From Auanema rhodensis (taxonomy: Eukaryota; Animalia; Nematoda): 64,000 nucleotides of DNA. The notes beneath the pieces are model-generated. The model was not told the DNA's origin, did not search any database, and worked only from the letters and a program-made list of their open reading frames with translations. A program made the position numbers and the translations under genes. Numbering within the stretch: the first letter of the stretch is position 1; every line of letters begins with the position of its first letter. The stretch lies in the NCBI GenBank assembly GCA_964057225.1, contig OZ059898.1, positions 18,662,001 through 18,726,000 of the forward strand. The letters are read 5' to 3'. This document shows positions 28,801-41,289 of this stretch, piece by piece.

Positions 28801-31800
28801 GTAACCATGACTTTGAAATTTACGTGAACTTTAATTTATGCTAATTAAGTGTACACATGATGTGCACTTGGTATGTAACTCGCTTCACGTCAAAGATAAA
28901 GAGATGCGGTTTTCAAAATTAGATTCCCCATGTCCATATTAGTCTAAAAACAAATTTTTATTGATATTGGTGCATGGTAACCATGACTTTGAAATTTACG
29001 TGAACTTTAATTTATGCTAATTAAGTGTACACGTGATGTGCACTTGGTATGTAACTCGCTTCATGTGAAAGATAAAGAGATGCGGTTTTCAAAATTAGAT
29101 TCCGCATGTCCATATTAGTCTAAAAACAAATTTTTATTGATATTGGTGCATGGTAACCATGACTTTGAAATTTACGTGAACTTTAATTTATGCTAATTAA
29201 GTGTACACGTGATGTGCACTTGGTATGTAACTTGCTTCACGTGAAAGATAAAGAGATGCGGTTTTCAAAATTAGATTCCCCATGTCCATATTAGTCTAAA
29301 AACAAATTTTTATTGATATTGGTGCATGGCAACCATGACTTTAAAATTTACGTGTACTTTAATTTATGCTAATTAAGTGTACACATGATGTGCACTTGGT
29401 ATGTAACTCGCTTCACGTGAAAGATAAAGTGATGCGGTTTTCAAAATTAGATTCCGCATGTCCATATTAGTCTAAAAACAAATTTTTATTGATATTGGTG
29501 CATGGCAACCATGATTTTAAAATTTACGTGTACTTTAATTTATTCTAATTAAGTGTACACATGATGTGCACTTGGTATGTAACTCGCTTCACGTGAAAGA
29601 TAAAGTGATGCGGTTTTCAAAATTAGATTCCGCATGTCCATATTAGTCTAAAAACAAATTTTTATTGATATTGGTGCATGGCAACCATGACTTTAAAATT
29701 TACGTGTACTTTAATTTATGCTAATTAAGTGTACACATGATGTGCACTTGGTATGTAACTCGCTTCACGTCAAAGATAAAGAGATGCGGTTTTCAAAATT
29801 AGATTCCCCATGTCCATATTAGTCTAAAAACAAATTTTTATCAATATTGGTGCATGGTAACCATGACTTTGAAATTTACGTGAACTTTAATTTATGCTTA
29901 TTAAGTGTACACGTGATGTGCACTTGGTATGTAACTCGCTTCACGTGAAAGATAAAGGGATGCGGTTTTCAAAATTAGATTCCCCATGTCCATATTAGTC
30001 TAAAAACAAATTATTATTGATATTGGTGCATGGTAACCATGACTTTGAAATTTACGTGAACTTTAATTTATGCTAATTAAGTGTACACGTGATGTGCACT
30101 TGGTATGTAACTCGCTTCACGTGAAAGATAAAGAGATGCGGTTTTCAAAATTAGATTCCCCATGTCCATATTAGTCTAAAAACAAATTTTTATTGATATT
30201 GGTGCATGGCAACCATGACTTTAAAATCTACGTGTACTTTAATTTATGCTAATAAGTGTACACATGATGTGCACTCGGTATGTAACTCGCTTCACGTGAA
30301 AGATAAAGAGATGCGGTTTTCAAAATTAGATTCCGCATGTCCATATTAGTCTAAAAACAAATTTTTATTGATATTGGTGCATGGTAACCATGACTTTGAA
30401 ATTTACGTGAACTTTAATTTATGCTAATTAAGTGTACACGTGATGTGCACTTGGTATGTAACTCGCTTCACGTCAAAGATAAAGAGATGCGGTTTTCAAA
30501 ATTAGATTCCTCATGTCCATATTAGTCTAAAAACAAATTTTTATTGATATTGGTGCATGGTAACCATGACTTTGAAATTTACGTGAACTTTAATTTATGC
30601 TAATTAAGTGTACACGTGATGTGCACTTGGTATGTAACTCACTTCACGTGAAAGATAAAGAGATGCGGTTTTCAAAATTAGATTCCCCATGTCCATATTA
30701 GTCTAAAAACAAATTTTTGTTGATATTGGTGGATGGTAACCATGACTTTGAAATTTACGTGAACTTTAATTTATGCTAATTAAGTGTACACGTGATGTGC
30801 ACTTGGTATGTAACTCGCTTCACGTGAAAGATGAAGAGATGCGGTTTTCAAAATTAGGTTTCCCATGTCCATATTAGTCTAAAAACAAATTTTTGTTGAT
30901 ATTGGTGGATGGTAACCATGACTTTCAAATTTACGTGAACTTTAATTTATGCTAATTAAGTGTACACATGATGTGCACTTGGTATGTAACTCGCTTCACG
31001 TCAAAGATAAAGAGATGCGGTTTTCAAAAATAGATTTCGCATGTCCATATTAGTCTAAAAACAAATTTTTATTGATATTGGTGCATGGTAATCATGACTT
31101 TGAAATTTACGTGAACTTTAATTTATGCTAATTAAGTGTACACGTGATGTGCACTTGGTATGTAACTCGCTTCACGTGAAAGATGAAGAGATGCGGTTTT
31201 CAAAATTAGGTTCCCCATGTCCATATTAGTCTAAAAACAAATTTTTGTTGATATTGGTGGATGGTAACCATGACTTTCAAAATTACGTGAACTTCAATTT
31301 ATGCTAATTAAGTGTACACGTGATGTGCACTTGGTATGTAACTCGCTTCGCGTCAACGATAAAGAGATGCGGTTTTCAAAATTAGATTCCCCATGTCCAT
31401 ATTAGTCTAAAAACAAATTTTTATTGATATTGGTGCATGGTAACCATGACTTTGAAATTTACGTGAACTTTAATTTATGCTAATTAAGTGTACACGTGAT
31501 GTGCACTTGGTATGTAACTCGCTTCATGTGAAAGATAAAGAGATGCGGTTTTCAAAATTAGATTTAGCATGTCCATATTAGTCTAAAAACAAATTTTCAT
31601 TGATATTGGTGCATGGTAACCATGACTTTGAAATTTACGTGAACTTTAATTTATGCTAATTAAGTGTACACGTGATGTGCACTTGGTATGTAACTCGCTT
31701 CACAAGAAAGATAAAGAGATGCGGTTTTCAAAATTAGATTCCCCATGTCCATATTAGTCTAAAAACAAATTTTTATTGATATTGGTGCATGGTAACCATG

Positions 31801-34400
31801 ACTTTGAAATTTACGTGTACTTTAATTTATGCTAATTAAGTGTACACATGATGTGCACTTGGTATGTAACTCGCTTCACGTCAAAGATAAAGAGATGCGG
31901 TTTTCAAAATTAGATTCCCCATGTCCATATTAGTCTAAAAACAAATTTTTATTAATATTGGTGCATGGTAACCATGACTTTGAAATTTACGTGAACTTTA
32001 ATTTATGCTTATTAAGTGTACACGTGATGTGCACTTGGTATGTAACTCGCTTCACGTGAAAGATAAAGGGATGCGGTTTTCAAAATTAGATTCCCCATGT
32101 CCATATTAGTCTAAAAACAAATTATTATTGATATTGGTGCATGGTAACCATGACTTTGAAATTTACGTGAACTTTAATTTATGCTAATTAAGTGTACACG
32201 TGATGTGCACTTGGTATGTAACTCGCTTCACGTGAAAGATAAAGAGATGCGGTTTTCAAAATTAGATTCCCCATGTCCATATTAGTCTAAAAACAAATTT
32301 TTATTGATATTGGTGCATGGTAACCATGACTTTGAAATTTACGTGAACTTTAATTTATGCTAATTAAGTGTACACATGATGTGCACTTGGTATGTAAATC
32401 GCTCCACGTCAAAGATAAAGAGATGCGGTTTTCAAAATTAGATTCCCCATGTCCATATTAGTCTAAAAACAAATTTTTATTAATATTGGTGCATGGTAAC
32501 CATGACTTTGAAATTTACGTGAACTTTAATTTATGCTTATTAAGTGTACACGTGATGTGCACTTGGTATGTAACTCGCTTCACGTGAAAGATAAAGGGAT
32601 GCGGTTTTCAAAATTAGATTCCCCATGTCCATATTAGTCTAAAAACAATTTATTATTGATATTGGTGCATGGTAACCATGACTTTGAAATTTACGTGAAC
32701 TTTAATTTATGCTAATTAAGTGTACACGTGATGTGCACTTGGTATGTAACTCGCTTCACGTGAAAGATAAAGAGATGCGGTTTTCAAAATTAGATTCCCC
32801 ATGTCCATATTAGTCTAAAAACAAATTTTTATTGATATTGGTGCATGGTAACCACGATTTTGAAATTTACGTGAACTTTAATTTATGCTAATTAAATGTA
32901 CACGTGATGTGCACTTGGTATGTAACTCGCTTCACGTGAAAGATAAAGAGATGCGGTTTTGAAAATTAGATTCCCCATGTCCATATTAGTCTAAAAACAA
33001 ATTTTTATTGATATTGGTTCATGGTAACCATGACTTTGAAATTTACGTGAACTTTAATTTATGCTAATTAAGTGTACACATGATGTGCACTTGGTATGTA
33101 ACTCGCTTCACGTCAAAGATAAAGAGATGCGGTTTTCAAAATTAGATTCCCCATGTCCATATTAGTCTAAAAACAATTTTTTATTGATATTGGTGCATGG
33201 TAACCATGACTTTGAAATTTACGTGAACTTTAATTTATGCTAATTAAGTGTACACGTGATGTGCACTTGGTATGTAACTCGCTTCATGTGAAAGATAAAG
33301 AGATGCGGTTTTCAAAATTAGATTCCGCATGTCCATATTAGTCTAAAAACAAATTTTTATTGATATTGGTGCATGGTAACCATGACTTTGAAATTTACGT
33401 GAACTTTAATTTATGCTAATTAAGTGTACACGTGATGTGCACTTGGTATGTAACTTGCTTCACGTGAAAGATAAAGAGATGCGGTTTTCAAAATTAGATT
33501 CCCCATGTCCATATTAGTCTAAAAACAAATTTTTATTGATATTGGTGCATGGCAACCATGACTTTAAAATTTACGTGTACTTTAATTTATGCTAATTAAG
33601 TGTACACATGATGTGCACTTGGTATGTAACTCGCTTCACGTGAAAGATAAAGTGATGCGGTTTTCAAAATTAGATTCCGCATGTCCATATTAGTCTAAAA
33701 ACAAATTTTTATTGATATTGGTGCATGGCAACCATGATTTTAAAATTTACGTGTACTTTAATTTATGCTAATTAAGTGTACACATGATGTGCACTTGGTA
33801 TGTAACTCGCTTCACGTGAAAGATAAAGTGATGCGGTTTTCAAAATTAGATTCCGCATGTCCATATTAGTCTAAAAACAAATTTTTATTGATATTGGTGC
33901 ATGGCAACCATGACTTTAAAATTTACGTGTACTTTAATTTATGCTAATTAAGTGTACACATGATGTGCACTTGGTATGTAACTCGCTTCACGTCAAAGAT
34001 AAAGAGATGCGGTTTTCAAAATTAGATTCCCCATGTCCATATTAGTCTAAAAACAAATTTTTATCAATATTGGTGCATGGTAACCATGACTTTGAAATTT
34101 ACGTGAACTTTAATTTATGCTTATTAAGTGTACACGTGATGTGCACTTGGTATGTAACTCGCTTCACGTGAAAGATAAAGGGATGCGGTTTTCAAAATTA
34201 GATTCCCCATGTCCATATTAGTCTAAAAACAAATTATTATTGATATTGGTGCATGGTAACCATGACTTTGAAATTTACGTGAACTTTAATTTATGCTAAT
34301 TAAGTGTACACGTGATGTGCACTTGGTATGTAACTCGCTTCACGTGAAAGATAAAGAGATGCGGTTTTCAAAATTAGATTCCCCATGTCCATATTAGTCT
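22900..34400 (+). repeat. Large tandem block duplication (originally ~24-26 monomers); left copy later expanded by 15 monomers
   Basis: Private markers are paired at 6863 bp (39 x 176 - 1): CTCACTT 23778/30641, AAAATAG 24167/31030, GTAAATCGCTCC 25535/32398. A 1-bp deletion (GCTAATAAG) is shared at ~23038/~30253. TATCAAT is paired at 29842/34065 (4223 = 24 x 176 - 1). Confidence 0.85.
26577..28160 (+). repeat. Three-monomer (528-bp) unit repeated three times
   Basis: The private TTATTCTAA variant occurs at 26904, 27432 and 27960 (528-bp spacing). AACTTGC and AAAGTGATG variants recur in the same order in each unit. Confidence 0.9.
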
Positions 34401-35199
34401 AAAAACAAATTTTTATTGATATTGGTGCATGGTAACCACGATTTTGAAATTTACGTGAACTTTAATTTATGCTAATTAAATGTACACGTGATGTGCACTT
34501 GGTATGTAACTCGCTTCACGTGAAAGATAAAGAGATGCGGTTTTCAAAATTAGATTCCCCATGTCCATATTAGTCTAAAAACAAATTTTTATTGATATTG
34601 GTTCATGGTAACCATGACTTTGAAATTTACGTGAACTTTAATTTATGCTAATTAAGTGTACACATGATGTGCACTTGGTATGTAACTCGCTTCACGTGAA
34701 AGATAAAGAGATGCGGTTTTCAAAATTAGATTCCCCATGTCCATATTAGTCTAAAAACAAATTTTTATTGATATTGGTTCATGGTAACCATGACTTTGAA
34801 ATTTACGTGAACTTTAATTTATGCTAATTAAGTGTACACGTGATGTGCACTTGGTATGTAACTCGCTTCATGTGAAAGATAAAGAGATGCGGTTTTCAAA
34901 ATTAGATTCCGCATGTCCATATTAGTCTAAAAACAAATTTTTATTGATATTGGTGCATGGTAACCATGACTTTGAAATTTACGTGAACTTTAATTTATGC
35001 TAATTAAGTGTACACGTGATGTGCACTTGGTATGTAACTTGCTTCACGTGAAAGATAAAGAGATGCGGTTTTCAAAATTAGATTCCCCATGTCCATATTA
35101 GTCTAAAAACAAATTTTTATTGATATTGGTGCATGGCAACCATGACTTTAAAATTTACGTGTACTTTAATTTATGCTAATTAAGTGTACACATGATGTG

Positions 35200-37800
35200 C
35201 ACTTGGTATGTAACTCGCTTCACGTGAAAGATAAAGTGATGCGGTTTTCAAAATTAGATTCCGCATGTCCATATTAGTCTAAAAACAAATTTTTATTGAT
35301 ATTGGTGCATGGCAACCATGACTTTAAAATTTACGTGTACTTTAATTTATGCTAATTAAGTGTACACATGATGTGCACTTGGTATGTAACTCGCTTCACG
35401 TGAAAGATAAAGAGATGCGGTTTTCAAAATTAGATTCCCCATGTCCATATTAGTCTAAAAACAAATTTTTATTGATATTGGTGCATGGCAACCATGATTT
35501 TAAAATTTACGTGTACTTTAATTTATGCTAATTAAGTGTACACATGATGTGCACTTGGTATGTAACTCGCTTCACGTGAAAGATAAAGTGATGCGGTTTT
35601 CAAAATTAGATTCCGCATGTCCATATTAGTCTAAAAACAAATTTTTATTGATATTGGTGCATGGCAACCATGACTTTAAAATTTACGTGTACTTTAATTT
35701 ATGCTAATTAAGTGTACACATGATGTGCACTTGGTATGTAACTCGCTTCACGTCAAAGATAAAGAGATGCGGTTTTCAAAATTAGATTCCTCATGTCCAT
35801 ATTAGTCTAAAAACAAATTTTTATTGATATTGGTTCATGGTAACCATGACTTTGAAATTTACGTGAACTTTAATTTATGCTAATTAAGTGTACACATGAT
35901 GTGCACTTGGTATGTAACTCGCTTCACGTCAAAGATAAAGAGATGCGGTTTTCAAAATTAGATTCCCCATGTCCATATTAGTGTAAAAACAAATTTTTAT
36001 TGATATTGGTGCATGGTAACCATGACTTTGAAATTTACGTGAACTTTAATTTATGCTAATTAAGTGTACACGTGATGTGCACTTGGTATGTAACTCGCTT
36101 CACGTCAAAGATAAAGAGATGCGGTTTTCAAAATTAGATTCCTCATGTCCATATTAGTCTAAAAACAAATTTTTATTGATATTGGTGCATGGCAACCATG
36201 ACTTTAAAATTTACGTGTACTTTAATTTATGCTAATTAAGTGTACACATGATGTGCACTTGGTATGTAACTCGCTTCACGTGAAAGATAAAGTGATGCGG
36301 TTTTCAAAATTAGATTCCGCATGTCCATATTAGTCTAAAAACAAATTTTTATTGATATTGGTGCATGGCAACCATGACTTTAAAATTTACGTGTACTTTA
36401 ATTTATGCTAATTAAGTGTACACATGATGTGCACTTGGTATGTAACTCGCTTCACGTGAAAGATAAAGTGATGCGGTTTTCAAAATTAGATTCCGCATGT
36501 CCATATTAGTCTAAAAACAAATTTTTATTGATATTGGTGCATGGCAACCATGACTTTAAAATTTACGTGTACTTTAATTTATGCTAATTAAGTGTACACA
36601 TGATGTGCACTTGGTATGTAACTCGCTTCACGTGAAAGATAAAGAGATGCGGTTTTCAAAATTAGATTCCCCATGTCCATATTAGTCTAAAAACAAATTT
36701 TTATTGATATTGGTGCATGGCAACCATGATTTTAAAATTTACGTGTACTTTAATTTATGCTAATTAAGTGTACACATGATGTGCACTTGGTATGTAACTC
36801 GCTTCACGTGAAAGATAAAGTGATGCGGTTTTCAAAATTAGATTCCGCATGTCCATATTAGTCTAAAAACAAATTTTTATTGATATTGGTGCATGGCAAC
36901 CATGACTTTAAAATTTACGTGTACTTTAATTTATGCTAATTAAGTGTACACATGATGTGCACTTGGTATGTAACTCGCTTCACGTCAAAGATAAAGAGAT
37001 GCGGTTTTCAAAATTAGATTCCTCATGTCCATATTAGTCTAAAAACAAATTTTTATTGATATTGGTTCATGGTAACCATGACTTTGAAATTTACGTGAAC
37101 TTTAATTTATGCTAATTAAGTGTACACATGATGTGCACTTGGTATGTAACTCGCTTCACGTCAAAGATAAAGAGATGCGGTTTTCAAAATTAGATTCCCC
37201 ATGTCCATATTAGTGTAAAAACAAATTTTTATTGATATTGGTGCATGGTAACCATGACTTTGAAATTTACGTGAACTTTAATTTATGCTAATTAAGTGTA
37301 CACGTGATGTGCACTTGGTATGTAACTCGCTTCACGTCAAAGATAAAGAGATGCGGTTTTCAAAATTAGATTCCTCATGTCCATATTAGTCTAAAAACAA
37401 ATTTTTATTGATATTGGTGCATGGCAACCATGACTTTAAAATTTACGTGTACTTTAATTTATGCTAATTAAGTGTACACATGATGTGCACTTGGTATGTA
37501 ACTCGCTTCACGTGAAAGATAAAGTGATGCGGTTTTCAAAATTAGATTCCGCATGTCCATATTAGTCTAAAAACAAATTTTTATTGATATTGGTGCATGG
37601 CAACCATGACTTTAAAATTTACGTGTACTTTAATTTATGCTAATTAAGTGTACACATGATGTGCACTTGGTATGTAACTCGCTTCACGTGAAAGATAAAG
37701 AGATGCGGTTTTCAAAATTAGATTCCCCATGTCCATATTAGTCTAAAAACAAATTTTTATTGATATTGGTGCATGGCAACCATGATTTTAAAATTTACGT
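35200..37800 (+). repeat. Seven-monomer (1232-bp) tandem duplication
   Basis: TAGTGTAAA variant at 35983 and 37215. In both copies it is flanked by the same GTCA/CCTC monomers, one of them carrying GGTTCATG. Boundaries are approximate. Confidence 0.8.
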
Positions 37801-40800
37801 GTACTTTAATTTATGCTTATTAAGTGTACACGTGATGTGCACTTGGTATGTAACTCGCTTCACGTGAAAGATAAAGGGATGCGGTTTTCAAAATTAGATT
37901 CCCCATGTCCATATTAGTCTAAAAACAAATTATTATTGATATTGGTGCATGGTAACCATGACTTTGAAATTTACGTGAACTTTAATTTATGCTAATTAAG
38001 TGTACACGTGATGTGCACTTGGTATGTAACTCGCTTCACGTGAAAGATAAAGAGATGCGGTTTTCAAAATTAGATTCCCCATGTCCATATTAGTCTAAAA
38101 ACAAATTTTTATTGATATTGGTGCATGGTAACCACGATTTTGAAATTTACGTGAACTTTAATTTATGCTAATTAAATGTACACGTGATGTGCACTTGGTA
38201 TGTAACTCGCTTCACGTGAAAGATAAAGAGATGCGGTTTTCAAAATTAGATTCCCCATGTCCATATTAGTCTAAAAACAAATTTTTATTGATATTGGTTC
38301 ATGGTAACCATGACTTTGAAATTTACGTGAACTTTAATTTATGCTAATTAAGTGTACACATGATGTGCACTTGGTATGTAACTCGCTTCACGTGAAAGAT
38401 AAAGAGATGCGGTTTTCAAAATTAGATTCCCCATGTCCATATTAGTCTAAAAACAAATTTTTATTGATATTGGTTCATGGTAACCATGACTTTGAAATTT
38501 ACGTGAACTTTAATTTATGCTAATTAAGTGTACACATGATGTGCACTTGGTATGTAACTCGCTTCACGTGAAAGATAAAGAGATGCGGTTTTCAAAATTA
38601 GATTCCCCATGTCCATATTAGTCTAAAAACAAATTTTTATTGATATTGGTTCATGGTAACCATGACTTTGAAATTTACGTGAACTTTAATTTATGCTAAT
38701 TAAGTGTACACGTGATGTGCACTTGGTATGTAACTCGCTTCATGTGAAAGATAAAGAGATGCGGTTTTCAAAATTAGATTCCGCATGTCAATATTAGTCT
38801 AAAAACAAATTTTTATTGATATTGGTGCATGGTAACCATGACTTTGAAATTTACGTGAACTTTAATTTATGCTAATTAAGTGTACACGTGATGTGCACTT
38901 GGTATGTAACTTGCTTCACGTGAAAGATAAAGAGATGCGGTTTTCAAAATTAGATTCCCCATGTCCATATTAGTCTAAAAACAAATTTTTATTGATATTG
39001 GTGCATGGCAACCATGACTTTAAAATTTACGTGTACTTTAATTTATGCTAATTAAGTGTACACATGATGTGCACTTGGTATGTAACTCGCTTCACGTGAA
39101 AGATAAAGTGATGCGGTTTTCAAAATTAGATTCCGCAAGTCCATATTAGTCTAAAAACAAATTTTTATTGATATTGGTGCATGGCAACCATGACTTTAAA
39201 ATTTACGTGTACTTTAATTTATGCTAATTAAGTGTACACATGATGTGCACTTGGTATGTAACTCGCTTCACGTGAAAGATAAAGAGATGCGGTTTTCAAA
39301 ATTAGATTCCCCATGTCCATATTAGTCTAAAAACAAATTTTTATTGATATTGGTGCATGGCAACCATGATTTTAAAATTTACGTGTACTTTAATTTATGC
39401 TAATTAAGTGTACACATGATGTGCACTTGGTATGTAACTCGCTTCACGTGAAAGATAAAGTGATGCGGTTTTCAAAATTAGATTCCGCATGTCCATATTA
39501 GTCTAAAAACAAATTTTTATTGATATTGGTGCATGGCAACCATGACTTTAAAATTTACGTGTACTTTAATTTATGCTAATTAAGTGTACACATGATGTGC
39601 ACTTGGTATGTAACTCGCTTCACGTCAAAGATAAAGAGATGCGGTTTTCAAAATTAGATTCCTCATGTCCATATTAGTCTAAAAACAAATTTTTATTGAT
39701 ATTGGTTCATGGTAACCATGACTTTGAAATTTACGTGAACTTTAATTTATGCTAATTAAGTGTACACATGATGTGCACTTGGTATGTAACTCGCTTCACG
39801 TCAAAGATAAAGAGATGCGGTTTTCAAAATTAGATTCCCCATGTCCATATTAGTGTAAAAACAAATTTTTATTGATATTGGTGCATGGTAACCATGACTT
39901 TGAAATTTACGTGAACTTTAATTTATGCTAATTAAGTGTACACGTGATGTGCACTTGGTATGTAACTCGCTTCACGTGAAAGATAAAGGGATGTGGTTTT
40001 CAAAATTAGATTCCCCATGTCCATATTAGTCTAAAAACAAATTATTATTGATATTGGTGCATGGTAACCATGACTTTGAAATTTACGTGAACTTTAATTT
40101 ATGCTAATTAAGTGTACACGTGATGTGCACTTGGTATGTAACTCGCTTCACGTGAAAGATAAAGAGATGCGGTTTTCAAAATTAGATTCCCCATGTCCAT
40201 ATTAGTCTAAAAACAAATTTTTATTGATATTGGTGCATGGTAACCACGATTTTGAAATTTACGTGAACTTTAATTTATGCTAATTAAATGTACACGTGAT
40301 GTGCACTTGGTATGTAACTCGCTTCACGTGAAAGATAAAGAGATGCGGTTTTCAAAATTAGATTCCCCATGTCCATATTAGTCTAAAAACAAATTTTTAT
40401 TGATATTGGTTCATGGTAACCATGACTTTGAAATTTACGTGAACTTTAATTTATGCTAATTAAGTGTACACATGATGTGCACTTGGTATGTAACTCGCTT
40501 CACGTCAAAGATAAAGAGATGCGGTTTTCAAAATTAGATTCCCCATGTCCATATTAGTCTAAAAACAAATTTTTATTGATATTGGTGCATGGTAACCATG
40601 ACTTTGAAATTTACGTGAACTTTAATTTATGCTAATTAAGTGTACACGTGATGTGCACTTGGTATGTAACTCGCTTCATGTGAAAGATAAAGAGATGCGG
40701 TTTTCAAAATTAGATTCCGCATGTCCATATTAGTCTAAAAACAAATTTTTATTGATATTGGTGCATGGTAACCATGACTTTGAAATTTACGTGAACTTTA

Positions 40801-41289
40801 ATTTATGCTAATTAAGTGTACACGTGATGTGCACTTGGTATGTAACTTGCTTCACGTGAAAGATAAAGAGATGCGGTTTTCAAAATTAGATTCCCCATGT
40901 CCATATTAGTCTAAAAACAAATTTTTATTGATATTGGTGCATGGCAACCATGACTTTAAAATTTACGTGTACTTTAATTTATGCTAATTAAGTGTACACA
41001 TGATGTGCACTTGGTATGTTACTCGCTTCACGTGAAAGATAAAGTGATGCGGTTTTCAAAATTAGATTCCGCATGTCCATATTAGTGTAAAAACAAATTT
41101 TTATTGATATTGGTGCATGGCAACCATGACTTTAAAATTTACGTGTACTTTAATTTATGCTAATTAAGTGTACACATGATGTGCACTTGGTATGTAACTC
41201 GCTTCACGTGAAAGATAAAGAGATGCGGTTTTCAAAATTAGATTCCCCATGTCCATATTAGTCTAAAAACAAATTTTTATTGATATTGG

